NCBI GenBank assembly: GCA_964106645.2
Contig: OZ067042.1
Strand: one strand, 5' to 3'
Origin: Podarcis pityusensis
Lineage: Eukaryota
DNA length: 64,000 nucleotides
Positions 50,256-63,941 of the stretch are shown here, one piece after another. Below the pieces are notes generated by a model. It was not told where the DNA came from and searched no databases. It saw nothing but the letters and a program-made list of their open reading frames with translations. How positions within the stretch are numbered: the stretch's first letter is position 1; every line of letters starts with the position of its first letter. Made by a program: the position numbers and the translations under genes.

Positions 50256-53200
50256 CTAGTGAGAGAGAATGAGAGAGAAGATCTTTTTAATTAAAAATAA
50301 TAAAGGCAGGCTTTTAACTCTCCTGAAGGCGCCCTAATTGCCCCAAATCACATCTCAGATGTGTCTTCGTTATAGCTTTTAAGACCAAGCAAATGTTGGG
50401 CACATAGCAGCACTGGCAAATGGGCTTGTGAGACTTTCAGCTTTATCTATTATTGCTTATTCAGAAGCAAGCAGTCATGCTGTATTCGGCACTTCCTGTT
50501 CCCAAGCATGCATAAAACATTGCAGTCTCAGCCATCAACTCTTTCTTACTGGAAAATGACAGAAAATAGATTAAATGGTAAAACATATATCGGGGATGCC
50601 AATGCCTTTCAGCCCCAGCTAACATAGCGAATGGTCACAAAGGATGATATTGGGAGTACAGCAACATCCATAGGGTCACAGGGCCCTCCTATGAGCAAGA
50701 GCCTCATTTACAATTTCAGTGCCCCATGGAATACTGTACTGCAACATGCCCCTTTAGCCCTGGGCACACTTACGGCCCAATAGCAGAACTCTCGTATAAC
50801 ATATGAACCAACAGGTGGAGAGGCCTAAAGGGATGAATTGTGGCTCCTTGGCTGGGCAGTATCAAGTCTGAATGCTAGCTTACTACCAACCCACCCTCAC
50901 AAATTTAAAGAAGTGCACAGGGAGTGATGTTCAGTTGCAGGCAGTCTAGTTAAATAACAATAGTTAGTTTAAATAACAGTTTCAAAAGATTGTATTCAGT
51001 AAATTGTTTTGAGGAAAAGCAGCACAATTTAGATATACTCACATGTAATCTTTTTCCATAGTACGGGAAATACATTAAATCAAGTTTTCCCTCAGGAGGA
51101 AAAGTAGTTATCATAGCCTTGCCTTGTTCCTATAGATGGGAGATTATATATATATTTTAAAATAGAAAGTTTTTTTTAAAAAACAGTTTGTGGGCAAGCA
51201 AAAATAAATGCACAATAAATATAGTTAAACCCTTTATTTTGTTCGCTTAAAATGATGTTAGGGTGAATATTCAGAAAGCCAGACACACAAAGTTAAGCTT
51301 GCTTAGCCCTTTGTTATCAGGTCAAGTGTAACCAGCAATGCCATACAAATAAAATACCTGATGGTAGTTACTAAGCAGGACAAAGTAAAAAGCAAGCCAT
51401 GCCCCTCAGTGCTACTCCTTGTCCAGTAAAACAATAGTTGCAAGTAAGTCCAAGCCAACAATACCTCCTCATGTAAAGTACAAAAACTTCAATACTTGTG
51501 TGGTGGGAAGGGGGTAGGCATGTAAGTAATAAATGACAAATAAAAAGACGTGTGCTATAACACACAAGTGTAACAGTGAAATAGTAGTATCAACAAACTT
51601 CACAGGCCTTGCAACCACAGCACATGCTACCTGATCAGCCTTTGCACAACATTTCACAACCGCACAAACAGAACAGAAAATGATTCCATGGATGTCATAA
51701 AAGCTGTGATTTCCTGTCATTGCAATGACCACAGGGATGACACCACCCCTTTTCTTAGTGCCACTGTGTCAGGCATTATCCATTCAGAGCCTGCCTCTCT
51801 TGATACCCCAGCAATGTGGCTATGTGTCTAGACTCAATTCAGACTTTGATCACCTCTAGATCTACATGGAAGAGACATCTTTTGGAATATCCGAATCACT
51901 GAACTGTTCAGCTTCCAAAGAGCCTACTTATTTTAAGCAGACAGTGTCCATCGTATTTGGAAAAAGAAAAGAAAAACACTGGCCACTGACATATTATGCA
52001 CTTGGAAGTATATGCCATGTGTTTCCATGCTGCCTGCAATCTTAATTTGAGAAAACAATATAAACCACTCAATCAAAAGAATCTGTAGTATACATAAAAT
52101 ATAATTAAATCCACATATACATGAATCAGCAAAAATTTAAAACATGTATACTTAACTAAATTATATGTCTGGGTAGGCTTGCTGAAATAAAGAAGTTTTT
52201 AGCAGGTGTCTAAAACAGTACAGAAAGGGTGTATGGCTAATGAGCTGCCATACTAGAAAACAGACTTCACAAATGTAGAAAGAACATTATATATTCCACA
52301 GAATGAACAGGACAAAGTGGTCTTTCAAGTACACCAGCCCCAAACTATGAAAGGCCTTGTACACAAACAGTAAAACCTTGAACTAAACTCAGTAGCAAAT
52401 AAGTATCCAGTGCAGATTTTTGAGCAGAGGTGGTGTAATAGGTTGGCAGGATTCCACTGCTGTCAACAATTGCTCTGAAGTATTCTGCACTAACTGCGGT
52501 TTCTGAACCAATCACAAGGCAAGCCCTACATTGAATGCATTGAAGTAACCAATGCATGGACTGCTATGGTCAAGCTATCTTGGTCTAGGAACAGCCACAG
52601 CTGTTGTATACTAGTGAAGTTAGTAGAAGGTTGTCCTATCCACCAGGGCCTCTGGTGACAAAGCTGGATTCAATAGCAACCCCAGACTATGCATCTGATC
52701 CTTCAAAAAGAGTGCAACTACATCCAGAACAGGCAATTAGCAGATTTCTCTTGTTCCTCTGTCTATCAGGATTGAAGCTCAGTTATTTTCCCTCTTCTGG
52801 CCCACCAATACCCTGGTTCAGGGTCCCTATGACCACCTGATTCAGTTTTGAAGAAATAGAACTGAGTGTCATAAGCATCCTTGCTCTCAACAGCTTCATG
52901 TGGGTATTAAATGGCATTGGGGATTAGTGCCCTGTTAGTGCCCTGTAGCACTCGAGGGGGATGAAAATCCTCCACACAGGTAGTAGTGGAACACAGGGAT
53001 CCCTAATACCTATCACATGAAGCTGGTCCAGAAACCAGACAGATCTGTGAAAAAAAGAGCAAGGTCACACTTCTTTTGTCCCATTATCGTATTTTTCACT
53101 CCATAAGACACACTTTTTTCCTCCTAAAAAGAAAGGGGAAATGTCTGTGCATCTTACGCGGAGGAGGCACGGACTAGGTGCGTCTTAAGGAGCGAAAAAT

Positions 53201-56200
53201 ACAGTATCTATCAGGGCGACCAGGACTGTTTCAAGACTGAACCATGAATGGAATGGGTGATAATCCGTATCATCCAAGGAAGTCTGACTGCTCCTCCACA
53301 ATATTGTCTATCACCATCCCTAAAAAGGGGATATTTATGACTGGTTGATACTTAAGTCCAAACTACTGCCTCTTTCCAAGTTATGCAATGAAGTGCTTAC
53401 AACACATAGAACTCAACCAGTTAACGAGGCATACAGATTACTGGTGTACACTGCCAGGTGCAGAATACTTGAAATAGTCTCTGCTTGAGGATGCAATGCA
53501 GACTGTGAAGAGCACCTTCTTTGCTATTCACACTACCATATGCTAGGCATGATTATGTGCACTAACATAACCAGTGTTCATTCCATTTCATGGTGAGACT
53601 TCCACCACTTGCACTCTAGTTTTCATGCAGCCTGATTCATGGACCACAGCTTCCTAGAATACAAGGGAGTCTATCAGGCTCATCAACACTGGAAAGGACA
53701 TTCAGCATCAATCATCTGCAATCTGTTTCTCTGGCTCAACACCAGGAGCAAAGCCTCTAAGCCTGCTGCAACATGAATAAAGTTTTCTGATAAAGGAGAT
53801 GGAACTCTTCTGACCCTCCAAGTCTGGCCTGGTGTATAACAAAATCCTCCACTAAAAAGAAAGAAAATGCTCCCAAATAATGCCTGAATCAGCCTTGCAA
53901 CTAATGCATCATGATACATGCATCAAAGCCAGTATATTCCATCACCAAAAATAAGAGCGGAGAAAAATTATGATGAAGCAAGAGCTGGTGTTCTTTTAAT
54001 TTGCATAAATTAAACCATTGTGGGGAAAGCTGGATGAAAACTATGCACTTTAAATTTTCTGTTGATTGAATTTAGCAGAGAACGTCAGTTGTGGAAAGCA
54101 TGTCAAGCAACAAGTTGTATCTCACCACAGGAATAAAACTTCAACTGTTCCAAGTAGTCAGCATGCCGTATATAGTACAAAATGTTTGGGGAAAACATTA
54201 CACAGTATATTTCACTTTAGTTACAACAGCTGCTTTCTGGTGTGATCCTAATTTTAAGCTATTGGACAGAAAGAAGCAGGAGGAGGTAAAATGAATGTTA
54301 TTTCACTATTGGGTCACATAAGGTGAAACACATATCTTTGATTCAGAAGTACAGAACAGCATAGGCTGGCAAAGAGGAAATGGAGTAGCTAAAAGAATTA
54401 TGCTGCATATGATACACTGCCTTCGTGATATCCATTCTTTATCTTCCAAGTAACTAAAATGTGGTGTACATGGTTCTCCACCCCATTTCATCTTCACAAG
54501 CTTGTGAGGTAGGTTAGTCTTAAGAGATAGTGACTGGCCCAAGGTCACCCAGTGAGCTTCATGGCCGAGTAGGAATTCATACCCTAGTCTCCCAAGTTAT
54601 AGTCCAACACTCTAACCCAGAGCTTTCCAAACTTTGCATGTCAATGACACACTTTCTAGACATGCATCATTTCACAACACAGTAGTTCAGTTTTACCAAC
54701 AAACAGGAGGTTAAACTAGCCCCTTTTCAGTCCCGGGAAGAGCAAAGGGAGCATTAACGCGACACTGCAGCTGACACACTAATCTGTCACAACACAGAGT
54801 TTAGAAAGCTTTGCTCTAACCATTACACCACATCTCAAGGTGTCATCCAGGGGCCATTATTAATGTTCTTTTTAATCTGTCAGTCACATGCATGACCAGT
54901 GTTAACCCATGTAAAGACAATTATGGATGTAAACACATCTACACAAATAAGGACTTTAGATGTCTGAAAACAACCCACACCAGCTACAATCAACACCAGC
55001 TTTACACCCAGAACAATTTTTGTGCCAGCACTTCCACACCTAGAACACATTGCTAAATTGGGTTAAAAGGGTGCAAAGGTTTTACAGATACAATATTAGC
55101 AGTGTTCACACAACACAGTACACTATTGTTAAAGGTTTACTCTGAATGAGCATGTGCTTTGCAACCCCCCCCCCCCGCACAGGTTGTTTTGCACCAAGCA
55201 AACCATGATTTGAAGCCAAGGTTTGTTCTTAGCTTACCAATTATGGTCTGAGTGAAATAACCATGTTCGGATGAAATTCTAAACCAGGAAATGTGGTTTG
55301 TTGCTCTGGCTTGTATCAGGAGGAGAAAGCATGAGCAATCTGGGCCACTGTCAAAGCAGTAAGAAAAATATGTACAGGTGGCATACACACATGCACATAT
55401 AATATTCTTATAGTATGTATGCAGATTATATTTATTAGTTTCACTTGGATACTATATGTATTTGTAACAATAATTATATCTGTCTTTTTTTGCTCATTTC
55501 TAAAGTATCTAGTCTTAACTGAGCCTTGCTTTTGAGATCAAGACATTAGTCACGCATACACCCTGCTCTCTCACTTCCCTCACCTTGGCGGTGTGGCCCT
55601 CACAATTAAAATTCAAATTAAAACTGATTCTTTTGTAGTTTTTATAAAAACCAATAATAATTCTTTTTAATGAAGCTGATTCAATCTAAAATTACTTTGA
55701 GAACCCAGCTTTGATTTAGATTCAGAGCAGGGAAGGATTTGCTGCATAGGAATAAGGGATGAGAAGGACACATGCTTCTGAAAAACAAATTCATTCAACT
55801 CTGAATTGGGGGGCAAGGAACCTGCATTTACTTTCTCTCACTCACACACACAAAAATCTGCATACAGATAAACATTTAAAGCACATGGAACATTTATAAC
55901 AAAGAAACAGATTTTGAAGAAAATGGAGTGTGCTTACAGATGAACAATTCAAATGCTAAGATGTTATAATCTAAACTACTTCATTGTTCATTTTCTTACC
56001 CACCATAAATATATTGTGTAAGGTGCATTTGCAGCATGCAGAGAAAAACAAAATGTTGGTTATGAAATGGAACAAAAGAAAAAAGTAAATATGAGGAACC
56101 CATAATATCTATTCTAAATGAAAACGATAAAAACAACACTTTCAAGCTGAGCAACTAACTGACCCAAAGATAAAAGAGAAATTGCTAGCTTTTATAAATG

Positions 56201-57951
56201 AACAAAGGACTAAAAATACTCACAACATCTATGACTTTATAGTAAATTTGCTTCCCTAAACTTGCTTTAACAACATGAATATATGCACATTCTTATCTGA
56301 AAATACTCACCTTAGCTTCACATGTTATAGCTGGCATTCCTTGAGGTTTTAATCCAATTATCTGAAATGTAGAAGAATCTCTATAAACTCCTTTTTGTAG
56401 GTGAAGGGAATACATTATTAGTTATGTTGTAAATGTGGAAAAAAGTGAATTATAGCAAGGCTGCAAGGAATTCTCTTTATCAAAAGGTTAATTTTTCTGT
56501 GATCCACTTTACAGAAAAGTTACTGTTCCCAAATTAAGAAGTTTGTATATTCAGAGTTTCAGGGGAAAGGGTAATGAAAGGCAGCTTTTCAAGTTCAACT
56601 ATGCCAAAGCTGCTTATTTTCAGTAGGCCCACTCGCAAACACCAAATGTACAAATCCACAAATATTGTCTCCTAATGTGCCTGCTGAAAATAAGCAGCTT
56701 TGGCATGTTGAACACACATGCAATGCCCCTCTCCCTCTTTCCTAGCATCACTGCCAATAAGATTTGACAAGAGGCAGAAGTTGGGCTCTGCTGCAATCTC
56801 ATTAAGGTAATCAACTCAGTCATAACAGTTTTGTAAGATGTGCAACAAATGTGTGCCTTATCCAACAGCTGTGTTACCTATGCAATGGTTTTTGCACAGA
56901 AAAAGAGAGTTCTCAATAAGGAAGCAAAATCTTAATAAGCAGAGTCTTCAGGATCAGGTACTGCAGAACTGCCCTGTTTTAAAGTACAGCCACAACAGCA
57001 CTCAGAGGGTTCCACTTCCACATGACATTTTGAGCAGCAGCAGTTCATTACTTCAAATTAGGCATGTAACATTAATAGCTGAATCCAGATGGCATATGCA
57101 AGAGACATGTCACATAACATGCAGTCAACTGCCGAATAATGAAATATTTTAGCTAAAAAGTCTGCAGCAAGAGGTTGCAGTAAGTCAAATCACAGCCCTT
57201 ATCTTTCTTTCTAGCAAGACACATTAAAACGGTTTTGTATAGTTTTGTGACGAACAATTTTGGCCAACTGGCAGATAATCTCTTGCATGACGCAGGTAGG
57301 GCCCTTGTTATTAGCAGTAGCAGTACTGGCATTCAGCCTAGAAATATACTGCTAATAGTTTAGTGCTCTAAAGCACAAAAGTTACATGATTTCTAAGCTC
57401 CTGGGGATACGAAGGGAAAACAGGACAAAATGCTGCTCCTTTATGCAGTAAAAATGTAATAAAATTAGCCTGAAAGAAATGACACAGGTATGCAATTGCT
57501 TTCTCTCCAAATTCAAAACTGAGGGTAGCTCCACAGGCGTTTCTAACGGCACCTATAAAGCACTCCAACATGGGTATCAGTTAAGAAGCTTGCTCATGCA
57601 GGTGTTCCATAGGTGCACTAGAGTGAACACAGACATGCCTTAAGTGATGCTGTCTGATTGCTAGGGCCAGCTGGTCACTACAAACTATCCTTCCACTTGA
57701 AACGCAGTTGCCAGCAGAAACATAGGTAAATTTTAGAAAGCTATAAAGAGTCAATATACTTACTCTATTCATTTTTACAATAACACATGGTGTTCCTTTA
57801 GCATAACCAAAAGTTGCATCTTGTAGTCCAGAGCATGGTCCCAAGTTAGAACGATTAAATTTGCACACTTTTTTTTCAGCATCAGAATCCTGTACAAAGA
57901 GTTGTCCTGGAGTACACGGGATGTTATCCACCTGCTTTGATTCATTATATG
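50085..57951 (-). CDS. ATP1B3: Na+/K+-ATPase subunit beta-3, 5'-partial: complement(join(50085..50255,51043..51129,56311..56361,57764..57951))
   Basis: GT-AG introns with matching phases. Extracellular domain has six Cys, [42 protein letters not shown] and [12 protein letters not shown]. Short 51-nt exon and tail-to-tail position with TFDP2 fit the beta-3 paralogue. Confidence 0.93.
51043..51129 (-). CDS. ATP1B3: ATP1B3 exon ([29 protein letters not shown])
   Basis: ctatag acceptor, CAT|GTGAGT donor, YFPYY motif. Confidence 0.95.
52130..53370 (-). mobile_element. L2 LINE fragment
   Basis: GTCTGGGTAGGCTTGCTGAAATAAAGAAGTTTTTAGCAGGTGTCTAAAA 3' end; AGAACTGAGTGTCATAAGCAT is a reverse-strand YADDTQ-like motif; degenerate. 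Confidence 0.7.
53087..53204. mobile_element. Small Tc1/mariner-type MITE nested in L2
   Basis: ~27-bp TIRs TCGTATTTTTCACTCCATAAGACACAC / GTGCGTCTTAAGGAGCGAAAAATACAG, flanked by TA. Confidence 0.8.
54460..54832 (-). mobile_element. MIR/CORE-like tRNA SINE split by a hAT MITE
   Basis: TGTGAGGTAGGTTAG...GTGACTGGCCCAAGGTCACCCAGTGAGCTTCATGGCCGAG...GGAATTCATACCC...CACTCTAACC|ATTACACCAC. Confidence 0.8.
54618..54813. mobile_element. hAT-superfamily MITE
   Basis: TIR CAGAGCTTTCCAAACT / AGTTTAGAAAGCTTTG with a perfect 8-bp TSD CTCTAACC (54610-17, 54814-21). Confidence 0.9.
56311..56361 (-). CDS. ATP1B3: ATP1B3 exon ([17 protein letters not shown])
   Basis: tttcag acceptor, AAG|GTGAGT donor, 51 nt. 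Confidence 0.93.
57764..57951 (-). CDS. ATP1B3: ATP1B3 exon ([20 protein letters not shown]...[11 protein letters not shown])
   Basis: ttcccccag acceptor and AGA|GTAAGT donor on the - strand; four conserved Cys. Confidence 0.95.
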
Positions 57952-59046
57952 CTGGGGGAAACAATTCAATGCATCACATTACGCACTCATTAATTCAATA
58001 CATATAAAAACTATTGACTTAACAGCTTCAAAGAATTTGGAGAATGATTTCCAAGCTTTGAAATAAAGTAACACACATTCAATATTCAGTATTCACCCAG
58101 ACGACTACAGCACACATTCAATAAATACTCTTCCTGAAGTGAAGGACAGAAAGAACTAATGAAATGTAGATTGCTTGAAGTCTACTGGAAAAGTATGATG
58201 TGGGGACACTGGGGCCATGCGGTTCAGTTAACACTGCTGTAGCATTGTACAGTGGCCTTCAAATTGTTAATAGCTGAAATCCACCTAGAAGCCTAGCTGC
58301 AACATGAGAATCAAAAAGTTTCAAAAGTCCATGCATCTGGAGCTGGAACCTGTTAGCAATCTCAAGGTCATCTTTGCTGAAAACTAGCTCAAAAGGTAGC
58401 TGGCACCAAATGGTAACAGATGCTACTGGTTTTAATTCATTGCAAAACTGATGTCTCCTGCTGGATTTAGAATTTTAAGCTCATTAAAGTCCAAGCATGG
58501 TGCAACATGTGCTTTATTATCATTGCACTGATTAAATTTGTGATGACTTGTAAAGAGCTTTGATCTACTCAAAAGAGCAAGAGATCCTCACTGCCCACTC
58601 TCCAAGCTCCCACTAGAATAAGGGCTACGACTCTAAGGCCTGGTGTGGGCCCATTTGCGGCCCACAAGAAGTGATAGCAGATGTTGGACATGTGCCAAAA
58701 ACAAAAAGCTCAGTAACTGCTGGAGGAAAATAAGAGCTTCGCATCCAGAAGCTTTAAACTTGCTCACCCTTAAGGGTCTGACAGATCTGGGGACCGGACA
58801 GGTGACAGGAAACACAAAAATAAACATGCAAGAGCAAACCCCCAATAGGATAAAGTACAAATGTATCAGCAGCAGCTGGCAGAGCAGAGTGGTGATGCTA
58901 TAAAGGTGATGCTATAAATCTTCAGCCATTAGGTGGCATTTTCAATCTCAGCTGTTGCTAGGGTAACTTTAAAGTATGTCTTCTTGAAAACTTAAGTTTC
59001 ATTTATTATTATTCTTGTTCCTCTACCTACCTACCAAGTGTATAAA

Positions 59047-59408
59047 AAGGTAAAGGACCCCTGACAGTTAAGTCCAGTCACGAACTACTCTGGGGTTGCG
59101 GTGCTCATCTTGCTTTACTGGCCGAGGGAGCCGACGTTTGTCCGCAGGCAGTTTTTCTGGGTTATGTGGCCAGCATGACTAAGCCGCTTCTGGCGAGCCC
59201 AGAGCAGCGCACAGAAACGCTGTTTACCTTCCCACCAGAGTGGTACCTATTTATCTACTAGCAATTTGACATACTTTCAAACTGCTAGGTTGGCAGGAGC
59301 TGGGACCGAGTAACGGGAGCTCACCCCGTTGCAGGGATTCGAACCGCTGATCTTCCGACTGGCAAGCCCTAGGCTCAGTGGTTTAGACCACAGCGCCACC
59401 CACGTCCC
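59047..59408 (-). mobile_element. Sauria SINE (POM-type), full length
   Basis: Reverse complement of the 32715-33070 family; degenerate TSD TACCAAGTGTATA / TACCGAGTAAATA. Confidence 0.92.
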
Positions 59409-61147
59409 TACCGAGTAAATAACTGAATGCAATTATAGATCTGATATTAAAATTTGAGACTCAGGGGAAATATTACTTTACGAAAACACAAAACACACAA
59501 TAAAAAGAACATAATAAAACAATATCCATTTGTTCTTCTAAAACAGGCATGGCTAACCTTTTTTGGCCCAAGGAATGTATCAACTATCAGCACCCCCCTC
59601 CCAAAAGCCATACATCAGCAGTGGGCACGGCCAATGTTTATGTGCATATGCTCTTATACACCAACACACAAAATCAGCATTTCCAGTCCTCCCTATTTCA
59701 GCACTAAGGTGGAGGTAACTGAAAATTTTTGAAGACCAGGCAAATTTTCTTACTGATCTTAGTGCTTTGGTGTTTAATGTTAAGAACTGAGATAAAAGAT
59801 TCCTCTGTCTTAACCATTCATATGCTAAACATACATCGCAGCTGCAAGAAGAATATGCTTAAGCATCCACTGATACATCTAGTGGCATTCAAAAATGCCT
59901 GCTTCGTTTTATATATAGTGAGCTATCTGTAGTCTTAAAACAGGATTGTCATCAAGTATAGTTGTAAATTTTTCATGATTTTATAGTTTTATCTTTTGAG
60001 ATAAACCTTTAAAAAAAATCAATTGTGGTGCCTGACAAAGGTACAGATTTCAGCTTCAAAGCCATTGCTATACCAGGTATTTCAGGGCACACAAAATGGA
60101 AGTTGCCAATAAAAGTCTCCAATACAATACCAGAAATGAGGCTTTTCGTGTACGTTCCAATGAAGTTCTAGAATTTAGCAGTTTTCTCTTTACAGCTTAA
60201 CTGCAGTGTTTCTAAGTGCCTATACAAATTTGATGGTTTCCAACTTAGTTGCTACTCTTTCAGCATGTGTCACACACTGTGTTATTGGCAAGTTACTTTT
60301 CTCAATACAAATAAGACCATATTTAATACAACAATGGTTAAACTTGCAGACAGACTTACTAGTTGTTCTTTTTTACTTTCTGGGATATCTCCCTGCAGTG
60401 AAGATTGTATTTCATACTGAATAAAGGCATGTCAACAGTAAATTCAAGTCTGCATTGTTCTTATCAAAAAAAGCATCCACGCTTGCTGCAATCTCCTCTT
60501 TCATTCATCTTTCCTTCCACTGTAGCTTGCCTTCGCTTTCTCAGTCACCTTCTCTTACTTTCAGCTCCTCTCTCGTTTGCCTTCTATTCATTTCTCCTCT
60601 CACTTTCCTCCTGTCATCGCCTCTGCCACCTTCGTTCACCTTTCTCTGTCTCTTATGCTCTGTCTGTCAACTCACTTTTCACCTTATGTCACCTTTATTT
60701 GCCCTTCTTTCTACTCTCACCTGCAACATGTAAAACAATAAATATGAGCATGCCTAAGCATGGGAAGCAGAGCACAGCTACTTAACACCATCTCTTTACT
60801 TAAGTTCCCAACCATCAGATTTCTAGTTTTGATGCTGGGCAGTTCCACCACTTTCATCCATTCCTGTGTCCCCAGTGCTGCAAAATTAAGGCTGCAACTC
60901 TATGCACACTTACATTAAAGCAACGAACAAGTGGGTTTACTGCAGAATAAATATGCATAGGCTTGCACTAAGAAAATCCAATCTAACAAGAGTTATGGAG
61001 GAGGGTGTACCTTGTGTAAACAGGTTCTTAGCTAAACTAAGGAATCAAGTGCACGCTTGAACCGGTACAGCACATCCATACCCCAATATAACCTGCTCCA
61101 GGAAAGGCCAAACCAATTTTGTTCCCTTTCATCAGCAAGGGCAGTTA

Positions 61148-61434
61148 TAGTCATACCTCGGGTTGAATATGCTTTGGGATGAGCACGTTGAGTTGCGCTC
61201 TGCGGCAACCCGGAAGTAACGGGTTTCGCCGCTTGCGCATGTGCAGACGCTCAAAATGACGTCATGCGCAGACGCTCAAAATGACGTCATGCGCATGCAC
61301 AGAAGTGCCAAAACGTGACACGCGCAGACGCGGGTTACGTTTGCTTCTAGATGCGAACAGGGCTCTGAAATGGATCCCGTTCGCATCTAGAGGTACCACT
61401 ATAGGTACCACTACACTATCTAGAGGTACCACTA
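61148..61434. mobile_element. Tc1/mariner (Tigger-like) MITE with duplicated right end
   Basis: Left TAGTCATACCTCG; right GGTACCACTA repeated three times; CpG-rich interior. Confidence 0.8.
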
Positions 61435-63915
61435 TACTCTTATTCCTTCTTTCCTTTCTTTTAAATATATATTTTATACACATACTTTATTTTGATTTTG
61501 GCTATAATCAAGTTACAAAAAACATAATAAAGCAATCACATTTTTATAAAACCAGGACCTAGAAAACATAAATCATCTCAACAGTTCATTCATTAATTAA
61601 ATCATTAATATCTTACCAATTTAATCTAATCAAACCCAACCAACTACTTATTACAGTCATGACAAATTGTATTACCCTTCTTTCTACAACTCTAATGTCA
61701 TGCATTTACCTAGGAGAAGCAATCTTATTGTGAATCCTGCAAAACCTGGTCCTTGCTTCTCTGCCTAGCTCAAGTCTGTACTCTGTTTCCATGCTGGCAA
61801 CAAACAGGAATCCCTCTACCTTGTCCCTCTACCTCCTCCACAGCCAGTAAGGAAACACAGGATAGTAGCAGACTAGTAAAGAACTGAAGGTTCATAATGT
61901 TTGTGGGATTATTCACAAGATTCCATTAAATAAACTTTACCAAGAAACTTTACCCATTTCTTCACAGCCTACAATTATCAGTTACAATGTCAGTTACAGA
62001 TGGAGTCACAAAGGGTAGCACACTGGTGTTTATGTGCATGTAGCAGTTCAAGGCAGAATTTCAGTCTGAACTCATCTGAATACCGTTAAAAATATTCCTG
62101 TGGAAAACATGCCATTTCATCATGAAGTCTGCAACTGTGGATAATTTGCTTCTGCTTGCTGTGAATGGGTGATAGACAAGGTACAGTTGCAATTTGCCAA
62201 TCTTCCCTCCTCTCAGCTACCCAAATGCACTGCTACAAGTATCTCAGATGCCCACTTATAAACTGTAGCTGGCAGTGTGGAGTGTCCTGCAACTTTCTAT
62301 CCAAGAATACAGCAGAGAAAACCACACCAGTTTCAGATGAAATTCCCTGACTCCCTTCCCTGTCTAGAAGGACCAGTAATCCTAGATCTGGCTTCCAAAG
62401 CACTGGCGGCTTTGCCAAATATTAACTAGGGTGTGTTACGTCTGCTCAATTTCATTTATAATGGAAGGCAGAAATCAGTCTTGCATGTGTTCTCTCATAT
62501 AAATACAATTGCACATGGAATGGCATGCATTCTGGAAATGCAACAAGAACACTGTTGGCCTGCCCCTTGCAGAGATTTTTCAAAGTATGTTTGCTCCTTA
62601 GCTTTCCACGAGTCAGTAACCTCATAGCACAGGGCATACATTTCATACATAGAAACAATGCCAACATTATAACCATGTATGGCAGGGGGTTGGACTGTTC
62701 TAGCCCACAGATTAGTACTTGGAGGGTGGCCATTTAGATCACAAATGACACCCCCAAGTGCTATCCATGTAGCAAATGTGCTGCTTTTTTGGCATGCTTT
62801 TCACTCAAGGCATACTTCTATGACAGTTAATGGCAGAAGGAAGCTTGTTGATGCTAGATGGCAGAACTAGGCACTGTACTAATTTAAGACAGAAGGTCCA
62901 GCCCAGTGGCTTTCAACCAAAGTAGCATACAAATATCTCCAGCTTCCAAAGTAGACTGCAATGACACAGGTTTATTACATGCTAAAATGGTTGGGATTAT
63001 ACAGCCTTGTATTATTTGAATACATAGTTGTACATTTTTCCTCCAAGGTTCCCAAGTATGGTTTACAGTGCAGCGTTAGCCCTCTGGTTTTAGGAGAGTT
63101 CTCACTGCTCCTGAACACCTTTGCAGCCCAGTCTCTTTCACCAGAAGGACCCTGGACAATCATACAAGAACTTTTCACATCCACTAGTGACACACTGCCT
63201 CATGGCACCTCTGTCTCCTGGTATGGAATATGCTCCCATTTCCCTTCAACATACAGCAAACAGCATTCTCTACCAGTTGACATTTATGAAATATTTTCAA
63301 GACCAGTCTCATAGCGACTGCAGCAGTGACCAATCTTGAGCATCTACAGAGGTGTGACTGATGGCAACTAGGTCTCCACTCTCAAAGAAAGATGGCAGCA
63401 TATGTAGGCAAGAAATAAGCCACCAACATAATTTTCTAAAAGTTGGGTAAGGCCTAGAACCTTCAGTAAGAAATTATTAATGCAGAATAGAAGCTGACTT
63501 GGCACAGAATCCATTTTTCTTTTTAGCACAGAGTATACACAGTTTATGACATGTTTCAATTAAATACAGAGGATGTGCCTACTGACTTTCAGAAGACTTG
63601 CTATTCAGATTGCCAGTAGTTCTCAAAACTTTGAACAAATTTATCTCACTTTTTATACACAATAATTTAATTTTTTAAAAAAGTTCCAAGGGGGGGAAAT
63701 ACAATGACCTGTTCACGTTCTAGACCTAACAGATGGAAGGGAGCTACTTTTCATTCCTCTTAATATTTTAAATAAGTTGCTTGCAAAATATATTTATACA
63801 TACCTCCTAAAAATTCGTGAAGTTTTGTCACATAAGCAGTGTAACTTGCTGACTTATTTTTGCTCAGGAAAAATTCCAGTGCAGTATCTGGCTTTGGTGA
63901 AATCATTAGCCCTAC

Positions 63916-63941
63916 AAAAAAAAAAAAAAAAAAAAAAAAAA
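63916..63941. repeat. Poly(A) tract, ~26 nt
   Basis: Direct reading. Confidence 0.9.

Noticed and set aside
61930-61970. Candidate ATP1B3 upstream exon end (KKWVKFL|GTAAAG on the - strand)
   Set aside because: In-frame stop a few codons upstream and no similarity to GLMVFPKP...; the real exon probably lies beyond 64000
63368-63559. - strand ORF containing INNFLLK
   Set aside because: No proper donor/acceptor pair and no convincing beta-subunit similarity
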